From assembly GCA_027000105.1 (NCBI GenBank), contig JALTOP010000427.1, positions 1 through 38,539 on the forward strand: a stretch of 38,539 nucleotides of DNA, in the 5' to 3' direction. Position 1 is the first letter of the stretch. Every line of letters starts with the position of its first letter. The notes under the pieces are model-generated. The model was not told where the DNA came from, made no database searches, and saw only the letters and a list, made by a program, of their open reading frames with translations. The stretch comes from Planctomycetaceae bacterium. Lineage in GTDB: Bacteria > Planctomycetota > Planctomycetia > Planctomycetales > Planctomycetaceae. Position numbers and translations under genes: made by a program. Shown piece by piece: positions 11,203 through 19,966 of this stretch.

Positions 11203-13386
11203 ATGATCAACGCCGAACAATCGAAAAAGAGGAAGCAAAGTTATTTTGCGACGGTTCCGCCGCAGGAAATTCTTCCGATTATCGACAACAATTTTCAATC
11301 GACCGTGCGAGGGTTGTACGTGATCGGTGATGTCACCGGAATACCGCTCGTCAAAATCGCGGCGAATCACGGCGTGGATGTCATCGAACGAATGGAAGCA
11401 GCCGGCGAATTCACTGCCGACCAGAGTGACCCGGATGGCCCGCTGGATTTACTGATTATCGGCGCAGGCCCAGCCGGACTGTCGGCGGCGATGGAAGCGG
11501 AAAAAAGAAATCTGCGCTATGCGGTTCTCGAACAAAGTGAAGTCGCGAACACGGTACGCGGATTTCCGCCCGGGAAAAAAGTGTACGCAGAACCTCGACA
11601 ATTAAAAAATCGAAGTGCCCTTCCCGTTGAAACAGACAAGGAAAAAACAGAGTTCCTCAAAATGGTTGAACAGACCATCAGGGAGAAAAAACTGAACCTC
11701 AAGGAAGGAGTTGAGGTCACACGGATTCTGAAAAAGGGCGATCATCGTTTCTCGGTCGAAACAGCTGACGGAAAATCGTTCCCCGCCCGAAATGTCATCA
11801 TCGCAGTCGGCAGACAGGGCAAGGCCCGTAAGCTGAATGTTCCCGGCGAAGAGAAAAGCGATAAGGTTGTTTACCGTTTGCATTCGCCGGATGACTATCA
11901 CCAAAAAAATCTGCTGATTGTGGGGGGTGGGAACTCTGCGATTGAAGCGGCGCTCATGCTGATGGATACCAACCGCGTCACCATTTCCTATCGCAGAGAT
12001 GAATTCTTCCGACTCAAACAGGATAACCGCGAACTTCTTGAACAGGCCATCGCACAAAAAAAACTGACAGTCCTGTTTCAATCGGAAGTACAGCGAATTG
12101 AAAGTTCTGCCGTTGAATTGAAGATTGACGGAGAAACGAAAACGATCCCGAACGATTATGTGCTGGTGTTGATCGGCACGGACCCGCCGATTGATTTTCT
12201 GCTTGATACCGGCATGGAACTGGATGGCATCTGGAAACCGAAACGGGTTATCCTTTGCCTGATCGGTATTCTGGTGGCGTACTCGGTTTATTTTCAGTCG
12301 AAGCATTTTGGGCTGCTTCCCGATGCGGGGGAGTATTTTATTCCCGGTTTTCAGTGGTTGTTTTCATTTGTGCATCCACGGTTTGCCAATTTGTATTCGA
12401 TGTACTACCTCGTCTATTTTTTGGCAATTCTCGGGTTCGGTCTCTATTGGGGATTCCGTTACAAACATCGGCTCATCTGGCGGCGAAATCTTTCTTCGAT
12501 CTTTTTCAACTGGACGCTTTGGTGGGGCTTGCCGACGTTGCTGGTTTCCACATGGGGACGAAATCCGTGGACACCGCTGCTGACCCGCTCTCTCAATGCC
12601 TGGCCACTGAATATGACCGCGTTCGATCTGGATCCGGTCGCACAACTGGGCGATCCTCCCTGGTGGACGGTCGTGGCTATTGTGGGGGTTGTCTGGGCCG
12701 TTGTGCTGACATTTCTTGTACTTCCTGTTTTCACGTTGTTGGTCGGGAAACATTACTGTTCGCACATTTGTTCCTGTGGTGCTTTGGCGGAAACGGTCGG
12801 CAATTCGTTTCGACATCGTGGGCCGAAAGGAGACGCACCCCGCTGGATGGAGCGGTTCGGTTACGTTTTTATTCCGCTGGCAGTGCTCGCCACACTGTTT
12901 CACCTTTCCGGTTATGAAAGCCCGTTCGGCTATTACAACACGGTCGTTGGCACCTTTCTGTCCGGTGCGGTCGCAATCGGTGTTTATCCCTTTTTAGGAC
13001 AACGGATCTGGTGCAGATTCTGGTGTCCGCTGGCGTTCTGGATGAATTTCTGGGGACGCTGGTCACGTTTCAAAATCTCAGCAGAACCGGGAAAATGTAT
13101 CGACTGCAATGTCTGCAACCAGTATTGCCAGATGGGGATCGACATCAAATCCCGCGCCTTGCAGGGACTTCCGGTCACCTTGAAAGATTCCCCCTGTGTG
13201 GCGTGTGCAGAATGCGTTGTTCGTTGCCCGATGGAGATTCTGCATCTGGGCGATCTTCCTGATGAAAAAATGAATCCGAACAATCGGGAACTCGACCAGT
13301 CCAGCATCCTGTTTCCGATTCTCAATTCGTTGGATATCCCACGTGTGAACGATATCAGTATGAAAAATCGTGACAGGCATTCCTGA
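11203..13386 (+). CDS. Membrane-bound FAD/NAD(P)H oxidoreductase with 4Fe-4S domains (TrxR/YpdA-like domain fused to NapH/NosR/CcoG-type membrane Fe-S domain)
   Basis: FAD motif 'IIGAGPAGLSAA' and NADPH-type motifs 'VGGGNSAIEAA' and 'SYRR'. About six TM helices, CxxxC(P)-type motifs 'CSHICSCG' and 'CRFWCP', and ferredoxin motifs CIDCNVCNQYC and CVACAECVVRCP. Confidence 0.8.
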   Translation: MINAEQSKKRKQSYFATVPPQEILPIIDNNFQSTVRGLYVIGDVTGIPLVKIAANHGVDVIERMEAAGEFTADQSDPDGPLDLLIIGAGPAGLSAAMEAEKRNLRYAVLEQSEVANTVRGFPPGKKVYAEPRQLKNRSALPVETDKEKTEFLKMVEQTIREKKLNLKEGVEVTRILKKGDHRFSVETADGKSFPARNVIIAVGRQGKARKLNVPGEEKSDKVVYRLHSPDDYHQKNLLIVGGGNSAIEAALMLMDTNRVTISYRRDEFFRLKQDNRELLEQAIAQKKLTVLFQSEVQRIESSAVELKIDGETKTIPNDYVLVLIGTDPPIDFLLDTGMELDGIWKPKRVILCLIGILVAYSVYFQSKHFGLLPDAGEYFIPGFQWLFSFVHPRFANLYSMYYLVYFLAILGFGLYWGFRYKHRLIWRRNLSSIFFNWTLWWGLPTLLVSTWGRNPWTPLLTRSLNAWPLNMTAFDLDPVAQLGDPPWWTVVAIVGVVWAVVLTFLVLPVFTLLVGKHYCSHICSCGALAETVGNSFRHRGPKGDAPRWMERFGYVFIPLAVLATLFHLSGYESPFGYYNTVVGTFLSGAVAIGVYPFLGQRIWCRFWCPLAFWMNFWGRWSRFKISAEPGKCIDCNVCNQYCQMGIDIKSRALQGLPVTLKDSPCVACAECVVRCPMEILHLGDLPDEKMNPNNRELDQSSILFPILNSLDIPRVNDISMKNRDRHS

Positions 13387-13428
13387 ACATAAGAAAGTAA
13401 GCAAGAGTGCGTCGAACAACTGCAGGGT

Positions 13429-13452
13429 ACCTTATGACGCACCTTATGACGC
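13429..13452. repeat. 12-nt tandem duplication
   Basis: ACCTTATGACGC x2, perfect. Confidence 0.85.
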
Positions 13453-13547
13453 TCCCTGGCATGACAGACGCCATGATTTCAATCTTGGTGCGTTGCAACG
13501 CATGTGAATCATAAAAAAATGAACGATCCAAAAGTAAAGTACCAATC

Positions 13548-14444
13548 ATGAAGAAATCAAAAAAAGAATATTCCGGGGCTTTTCTCTGGCTGGCCGCTTT
13601 CAGTTTTCTGATTCCAATCTATGTCGGCGCCCAGGCTTTCAAGGCGATTCCACAGCCTCCCCGCTATCCGGAAATTCATCCCGACATTTCGGGGGTCGAT
13701 CACAACCTTTGGGATTATCTGTTGCGAACCTACATTGCCAATGGACTGGTCGATTACGAGGGCCTCAAACGCGATTTCCTTTTCAAAACGTATCTGAAAC
13801 AACTGGCCGGTGCGCATCCGGAAAATCTGAAAACGGAGAGCGCGAAACTCGCCTGTTACTGCAACGCCTACAATGCGTTTGTGATTCATGGCGTCATCAT
13901 TCATAAAATAAAAGGAAGCGTTCTCGATTTGAAACAGAATGGCGAGACCGATTTTTTTGATATCAAAGAGCATATTCTCGCGGGGAAAACGATTTCGCTC
14001 AACACGTTGGAACATAAACGGATTCGCGAAGAATTTCACGATCCGCGGGTTCACATGGCTTTGGTCTGTGCGGCGAAAAGCTGTCCGCGAATCAGACCGG
14101 AAGCATACACAGCGGATCGCCTGAACGAACAACTGGAAGACCAGGCGAATTCTTTTGCCAATAATCCGGAATATGTGAAGTACGTTCCCGAAGAAAATAA
14201 ACTTTACCTGAGCAGTATTCTCAACTGGTACAAAGACGACTTCGGCGGCAACTACGGCGTTATCTCTTTTCTGCTGCCCCGCGTCAAAGACCCGGCAACC
14301 AAAACCGGACTGGAACGGGCACTCGCAGGGCAGGTTGAACTCGTCTATTTCAAATATGACTGGGGCTTGAACAGTCAAGACAGCGAGGCTTCTTCAGCAG
14401 GAAACAGTGCCAGTTTCGGTTCCGGTTCGATCCCGAACGAGTAA
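13548..14444 (+). CDS. DUF547 domain exported protein
   Basis: N-terminal hydrophobic anchor or signal; motifs 'GLVDY', 'NAYNA', 'SLNTLEH', 'DPRVHMALVCAAKSCP', 'LSSILNWYKDDF', 'YDWGLN'. Confidence 0.85.
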   Translation: MKKSKKEYSGAFLWLAAFSFLIPIYVGAQAFKAIPQPPRYPEIHPDISGVDHNLWDYLLRTYIANGLVDYEGLKRDFLFKTYLKQLAGAHPENLKTESAKLACYCNAYNAFVIHGVIIHKIKGSVLDLKQNGETDFFDIKEHILAGKTISLNTLEHKRIREEFHDPRVHMALVCAAKSCPRIRPEAYTADRLNEQLEDQANSFANNPEYVKYVPEENKLYLSSILNWYKDDFGGNYGVISFLLPRVKDPATKTGLERALAGQVELVYFKYDWGLNSQDSEASSAGNSASFGSGSIPNE

Positions 14445-14589
14445 ATCATCACTCGCTGATTTGTAATAGATTGGGCATTTCTGATATTGTGATTTCACAC
14501 AAGCGGCCTACAACTTTGTATGTTTGGCTTTTCGCTGGTCGAGCTTTTTCAGTGAAACGCTGCGAAAAATGCAAGAGATACGATCACCA

Positions 14590-14609
14590 GGAAGGAAGGA
14601 AGGAAGGAA
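14590..14609. repeat. (GGAA)5 microsatellite
   Basis: GGAAGGAAGGAAGGAAGGAA read directly, followed by (CAAA)2. Confidence 0.85.
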
Positions 14610-14615
14610 CAAACA

Positions 14616-14877
14616 AACCACAGAGACCCAGAGCACACGGAGGCAAGATAACAGAGAATTATTCTTGAAAAAGAATATCACCCGGTGCGGCTGGTCTGCT
14701 TTGCCCGCCGTAACCAGAATGAGATTTTCAAAAGTTTTCACACCGTTCGTAATCTTTAGCCGTTAGTAGTATGGAATACGCAAGGTAATAGCCGGATTGT
14801 TCCTCATTTTAAATAATGACGATCCCCCTCTATGCCTTTTCGAGATTTTTTTCTGTGAACCGTGAGTTTTTGTGGTT
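14616..14877. repeat. Degenerate inverted-repeat pair (ACCACAGAG-type) flanking about 210 bp
   Basis: Left arm 14616-14642 AACCACAGAGACCCAGAGCACACGGAG versus the reverse complement of 14851-14877, AACCACAAAAACTCACGGTTCACAGAA: 18 of 27 identical by my count. Confidence 0.4.
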
Positions 14878-14947
14878 GTTCCAACTTTTCCTGTTTGCCC
14901 CGCTTTGCCGAAATTGATCATCAATCAGAAGAGAAAACAACATCCAG

Positions 14948-15535
14948 ATGAGCGAAAACGAAAATGAATCTGCAGTCGATCTGCCTGCGATTGAGGAGGC
15001 GGTGCGCACCATTCTCAAGGCGGTGGGCGAAGATCCGCAGCGTCCCGGTTTAATAGAGACGCCCCGGCGTGTCGCCAAAATGTATGCCGAGATGTTTTCC
15101 GGCTTGAATAAATCGCCCGAAGAACATTTGCGGGTCACCTTTCCGGAAGTTTACGACGAAATGGTGCTGGTTCGCGATATCACTTTCACCAGCATGTGCG
15201 AACATCACCTGCTCCCGTTCAGCGGCGTGGCCCATGTTTCCTATATCCCCAAAGGGAGAGTGACCGGGTTAAGCAAGCTGGCCCGCGTTGTCGAAGAAGT
15301 CTCTCGCAGACCTCAGGTTCAGGAACGGATGACGCAAACGATAGCCGACTTGATCGAACGCGAACTTGGCACCGCGGGCGTTGCAGTTGTGATCGAGGCA
15401 GAACACTCCTGCATGGCGATTCGCGGTATCCGCAAACCGGGCAGCATTACCGTTACCAGCGCACTGCGAGGAAAATTCAAAAAAGACCCCGCTGCACGGG
15501 CAGAAGTGATGTCACTGATCAACGGCAAAAGCTGA
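14948..15535 (+). CDS. folE: GTP cyclohydrolase I
   Basis: Motifs '[18 protein letters not shown]', '[10 protein letters not shown]', 'GLSKLAR', 'PQVQERMT', '[11 protein letters not shown]'. Confidence 0.96.
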   Translation: MSENENESAVDLPAIEEAVRTILKAVGEDPQRPGLIETPRRVAKMYAEMFSGLNKSPEEHLRVTFPEVYDEMVLVRDITFTSMCEHHLLPFSGVAHVSYIPKGRVTGLSKLARVVEEVSRRPQVQERMTQTIADLIERELGTAGVAVVIEAEHSCMAIRGIRKPGSITVTSALRGKFKKDPAARAEVMSLINGKS

Positions 15536-15681
15536 AAACTGAATGAACATCAGAACGTGGCGAGGCTGCTTCCACGCCAGAATTGCACCAGACAGGATCG
15601 CCTCGTTCATCAAGAGGCCGTGCGTGTCGCCCCGTTTCGGGCTTCAGATTGTTCCGGGCTTCAGATACTGCATCTCGAACT

Positions 15682-16776
15682 TCACATACTGATCACAAAC
15701 TGGGAAATGGAGTAGATCAGGTACATCGCCAGAAGTGGGGCGCCCATCCATCGCTGAAAATGCCCCCGTTTGGTGGCGGAGAAGATGCAAAGTCGGAAAC
15801 AGGTCAAGATGATCAGCATGGCGGGAATGTGCAGATAGAGGAAGATTTCAGGAACTTTGGCCGCCGTATCGATAATTGGCAGGGGAGCCGCGACCGCTGC
15901 TGCTCCGGTTACAAACAGGATATTCAGGATATCCGCTCCCAAAACATTCCCGACAAGAAGCTCCGGGTGGCCTTTGCGAATGGCGGTAACGCCCACCATC
16001 AATTCCGGCAAGGAAGTACCGAACGCAACCAACGTGGCAGCGATGACGACTTGCGGAATGCCGATTCTTTCCGCGATGACCGAAACAGATTCAATCGCGA
16101 CATGCCCGGAAAAAATGACGACGATCAGCCCCGCAAAAATCATTCCGACCAACGCAGCGGAGCTTTTCTGTGTGACATGTTCATCAGCCACATGAACAAC
16201 CTCTCCCGGCTCGGCATGTTCTGCGATGGTCTCAGAAACACGAATCGCCTGTTCCTGCGGATGCCGTCTCGACCAGATGACGGAAAGGTACATGTATATG
16301 GCCAGCAGGATCAACAAGCCAATTCCTACCAACCGGCCGATTTCCGCCTCATCCCCCCAAACGGCATAGGAACTGTAACAGATCACTGCGAGAATGACGG
16401 CTGAACCGTACTGCACCCACCCCTGTCTTGAAAGCACATATTTATCGGCGGGCAACGCGGCGATCAAACAGCCCACACCGAAAATCAGGGCGGAATCCGC
16501 GATCACCGACCCGACCGCGTTTCCCAGCGCCAGCCCCGGATTTCCATTGAAGGCGGCCAGAACCGAAACGGTACATTCAGGTGTTGTTGTCCCCAACGAA
16601 ACAATCGTCGCTCCGACAATGACTTCAGGCATTCCCAAACGGAAGGCTAATGCTGATGCTCCTTCAACAAGCCATTCCGCTCCCATGCTCAGAAAATAGA
16701 GTCCCCCCACCGCTGACAAAACGAGCAGTATCGAAGACGCTTCGGTAAACCAGTGATGGGGAATGAGAGCTTCCAA
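15682..16776 (-). CDS. Calcium/sodium antiporter (YrbG/CaCA family)
   Basis: Two alpha-repeats, '[10 protein letters not shown]...LGNAVGS' and '[10 protein letters not shown]...[11 protein letters not shown]'; about 10 TM helices. TTG start with AGGA upstream. Confidence 0.9.
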   Translation of the reverse strand: MEALIPHHWFTEASSILLVLSAVGGLYFLSMGAEWLVEGASALAFRLGMPEVIVGATIVSLGTTTPECTVSVLAAFNGNPGLALGNAVGSVIADSALIFGVGCLIAALPADKYVLSRQGWVQYGSAVILAVICYSSYAVWGDEAEIGRLVGIGLLILLAIYMYLSVIWSRRHPQEQAIRVSETIAEHAEPGEVVHVADEHVTQKSSAALVGMIFAGLIVVIFSGHVAIESVSVIAERIGIPQVVIAATLVAFGTSLPELMVGVTAIRKGHPELLVGNVLGADILNILFVTGAAAVAAPLPIIDTAAKVPEIFLYLHIPAMLIILTCFRLCIFSATKRGHFQRWMGAPLLAMYLIYSISQFVISM

Positions 16777-17011
16777 ACGTTGATCCTGACAAAGAAGTTA
16801 TAACGGGTAGATAATACGTATCGACCCGCGTGAAGGTTCACGGGTAATCATAGCGATGAAGAAAATTCCGTGAAACCGTCTGGACAAACTGTTTTCTACC
16901 GGTTCATACCGGCAATGGCCTTCTATCACCAACGGTTTATGCCGGCGACGACATTCCCCTTTCCGCAGGAACCCAGCCCCAACGTGGTGTGCAAAAGCAT
17001 CCCTGCATTGA

Positions 17012-18544
17012 TCACTTTTTCTGAGTCTTCTTTTTCTTCTTCTTGGCTTTCGGTTTGGGAATTTTCCAGTCGGGATGCGGAACGTGTGCCTGATCCATCA
17101 ATCGAACAAGTTTTTCAACCATTTGCGGATTCTCTTTGGCCAGATCGTGTTCCTCGCCCAAATCTGTTTTCAGGTTGTAAAGCTGCACCTTCCCGGTCTG
17201 CATCGGCTGCCTGATCGCCTTCCACTCCCCTTGCCGAACCGCCTGGCGCGATCCCTGTTCGTAAAATTCCCAATAGAGATAATCATGTTCTTTCTGCTGG
17301 CCGGAACAGCCGGTGAGAATGGGAAGCAGTGAAATACTGTCGAGTCCTTCGGGCGTTTCCTGGCCGGAAAGATCACAGGCGGTTGCAAAGAAATCTCCAA
17401 AGTAGGCAATGTGATCCGAAACCGAACCTGCTGCGATTTTACCGGGCCAGCGAACGATGGCGGGAACCCGGATACCGCCTTCATAAAGTGCCCGTTTAAT
17501 CCCTCGCAGCGGCCCGTTGGCATCGAAAAATTCCGGGTGGTTCCCCCCTTCCCTATGAGGGCCGTTATCGGAAGTGAAAAAGACGATGGTATTTTCGTCG
17601 AGTTTTTTATCTTTGAGTCTGGCGAACAATTCCCCGATGCCACTATCCATGCGGGTGATCATCGCTGCCTGCCCTTTGTCAGGATCGGGCCAGTTTTTCT
17701 GCGAATAGATGCCGTAATCAGGCACCTCCTGTCCATTTCCGGTGCCTCGTGTGCCTTCATTGTTCGCATGGGGAATCGTGAGCGCCAGATACAAAAAGAA
17801 CGGTTGATCGCCCTGTTGCTCGATAAACCGGTAGGCTTCATCCATGAACAGATCGTGGGAGTAATCGACCCGTTTCGTTGCCCAGCCGGCTGAACCCCAT
17901 TCACCTTCAGCCACCTTGTGAACGACATTTCTCAAACGGACAACCGACCCGTTGCGAAAAAGAATTTCCGGATAATAATTGTGGGCGTGCCGCTGGCTGA
18001 GATAGCCGAACGCGTAATCGAATCCCTGACGCGTTGGCATTCCTTCCTCACTGCCGCCCGGTTGGCCCAGGCCCCATTTTCCGATCAGCGCCGTTTTGTA
18101 ATTCGCTTCTTTCAGTTTTTCCGCAATGGTGAGATCGGAATCCCGCAGACGTTTGGCATCGCTTCTACCATTGCCCCGCACTTGACAATGACCGGTATGC
18201 AACCCGGTCATCAAAACACATCGTGAGGGAGCACAAACAGTTGAACCTGCGTAAAAATTGGTCAGCTTCATTCCCTCCGCCGCCATCCGATCCAGATTCG
18301 GCGTTTTGATCAGCTTCTGTCCAAAGCAGCCCAAATCTCCATAACCGAGATCGTCCGCCAGAATGAAGATAATATTGGGCTGCTTCCGATTCTCGGCAGA
18401 AAAAGCCGTGCTCACAAAACAGGGAACAAGACCCAGCACAACAACGATATACCTCAGTCCCATCAACTTCCCTCGCAATGATGCTGTTTGACCTGTTCCT
18501 TGAATCGCTTCTGACTGCTTGACCATCATTGTCTGCTTGATCAT
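17012..18544 (-). CDS. Arylsulfatase (formylglycine-dependent S1 sulfatase), probably exported
   Basis: Motifs '[15 protein letters not shown]', catalytic 'CAPSR.VLMTG', 'GKWGLG', 'TSDNG', 'LYEGGIRVP', with a signal-like segment before the domain. Start placed at ATG 18544, which has GAGGAG 5 nt upstream; a later Met (MGLRYI) is also possible. Confidence 0.92.
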   Translation of the reverse strand: MIKQTMMVKQSEAIQGTGQTASLRGKLMGLRYIVVVLGLVPCFVSTAFSAENRKQPNIIFILADDLGYGDLGCFGQKLIKTPNLDRMAAEGMKLTNFYAGSTVCAPSRCVLMTGLHTGHCQVRGNGRSDAKRLRDSDLTIAEKLKEANYKTALIGKWGLGQPGGSEEGMPTRQGFDYAFGYLSQRHAHNYYPEILFRNGSVVRLRNVVHKVAEGEWGSAGWATKRVDYSHDLFMDEAYRFIEQQGDQPFFLYLALTIPHANNEGTRGTGNGQEVPDYGIYSQKNWPDPDKGQAAMITRMDSGIGELFARLKDKKLDENTIVFFTSDNGPHREGGNHPEFFDANGPLRGIKRALYEGGIRVPAIVRWPGKIAAGSVSDHIAYFGDFFATACDLSGQETPEGLDSISLLPILTGCSGQQKEHDYLYWEFYEQGSRQAVRQGEWKAIRQPMQTGKVQLYNLKTDLGEEHDLAKENPQMVEKLVRLMDQAHVPHPDWKIPKPKAKKKKKKTQKK

Positions 18545-19028
18545 GGTATCTCCTCGATGGGGGGCACTATTGATAACTGACGCCGCACCGCACAATTCCC
18601 TGCCACACAATGCAACGCGACCCCACGTTGCAACGCAATCACGCGGTGCAACGCAGTCACGATACGATACGATCACGACGTGATACGATCACGAGGCGAC
18701 GTGGCAGGCTGAACGACCAGCTTCGCTCTGATTACGGAAAACCGCTATCTTTTCTAACCATTAAAGACGTTCAAAGCAAATCAGTCGTGAGAAAAACCTG
18801 ACGGCTTTCCCGATCAGTGACTCGCCCCCAAAAGGATTACTCCGCATAACCGGTTCATATTAACCGGCTCATGCCGATTACCGACATCCTTCAGGAAAAT
18901 TATTGATACATGTGCAGAATTGAAAATGATTTTTCGTCAGTCGCATCGTTGCAGAAACCGATATGTATCGTGGTGCATGCAAGCCTGCCGGGTTCAGTTT
19001 CAGACATGTCAAATCGTGGAGATGAGAA

Positions 19029-19685
19029 ATGAGTGAATCCTGGTTCGATTCCCTTCGTTTTTCTCTCTGTGCAGTATTGGCAGCCTCTTTGTTTGCGCTG
19101 GCCATTCTCTCGCCGTTGGCTGTCCGAAATGAAATGATCAAACAACTGTGCCGCGAAAAGCAGCTCGAATTAATCGACCTGGAAGCGGAAAACAACCGCC
19201 GGGAACTGTTTGTCCGCCGGATCGAGAAAATGCCCGAGTTGCTCGAACAACTCTCCCGCCAACAGGAAGCCTCCAGCGAAAATGAACCGACTGAACAGAA
19301 AATTGATTTGCCTGAATCGCTCGCCATTCATCCTGACCACATGCTGACACTTCCTGTTTCTGTTTCATCAAAACAGGCGGAAAGAGAAAAAAATCGTTCC
19401 CACTCGCAAACATTCCAATTGCAACTGGCCGCAAAAATTGCCACCTCCCCCACGCTGCAAAATCGCCTGTTGATCGCCTCTGTTTTTCTTTTACTGTTGG
19501 GGATCATTCCAGCCAGTTGGTTCCATTGGAGATTCTTCAGAAGAAAGGCGTCATTGGTGATAAAGCGTCTTGTTTGCCGCTATCGTAAAGATGATTCCCA
19601 TTCCGACTTCCCGACCCCTCATTGGAATCAACCTGCATCAAACAACTGCCGGACAGGCCAGGCACACCAGACAGAAAAGTGTTGA
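19029..19685 (+). CDS. Hypothetical membrane protein (TM - coiled coil - TM), possibly DivIC/FtsB-like
   Basis: 218-aa ORF filling the gap. Hydrophobic helix at ~aa 11-31, heptad-like charged segment at aa 33-80, second hydrophobic helix at ~aa 147-165. Confidence 0.6.
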   Translation: MSESWFDSLRFSLCAVLAASLFALAILSPLAVRNEMIKQLCREKQLELIDLEAENNRRELFVRRIEKMPELLEQLSRQQEASSENEPTEQKIDLPESLAIHPDHMLTLPVSVSSKQAEREKNRSHSQTFQLQLAAKIATSPTLQNRLLIASVFLLLLGIIPASWFHWRFFRRKASLVIKRLVCRYRKDDSHSDFPTPHWNQPASNNCRTGQAHQTEKC

Positions 19686-19735
19686 TAAATCGGTCATTCA
19701 AACTCCAGTTCCGAGTAAATCGGACGACGGGACAT

Positions 19736-19805
19736 CACGCTGATCTCTGAACCACGCTGATTTCTGAATCACGCTGATGCCTGCGACACGCTGAACCACG
19801 CCGAA
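19736..19805. repeat. Imperfect 17-nt tandem repeat (CACGCTGA core)
   Basis: Units start at 19736, 19753 and 19770 (17 nt each), followed by truncated copies at 19787 and 19797. Confidence 0.85.
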
Positions 19806-19966
19806 AGAATCCTGAAGGAATCCGGTAGCGATCACGAAAATCATAACAGGAATCGGTACCCACAGTTCTTGGTTTCAATTGTTCCAGGGGTTATGATAGA
19901 CAGGCTGGAATACCAGAGCGGTTATTGTCTTCTGTTCTACTGGAATCTCTCGAAGTATTATCACCG

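Noticed and set aside
14914-14924. TTGATCATCAA near folE as an FNR box
   Set aside because: The half-sites are separated by 1 nt rather than the required 4.
18545-18676. N-terminal extension of the sulfatase ORF ('[12 protein letters not shown]')
   Set aside because: It translates intergenic repeats; a strong GAGGAG site supports the ATG at 18544.
19736-19805. Repeat arrays here and at 28802-28858 and 32500-32572 as mini-CRISPR arrays
   Set aside because: Units are 10-19 nt, adjacent and degenerate, with no unique ~30-nt spacers and no cas genes in the window.
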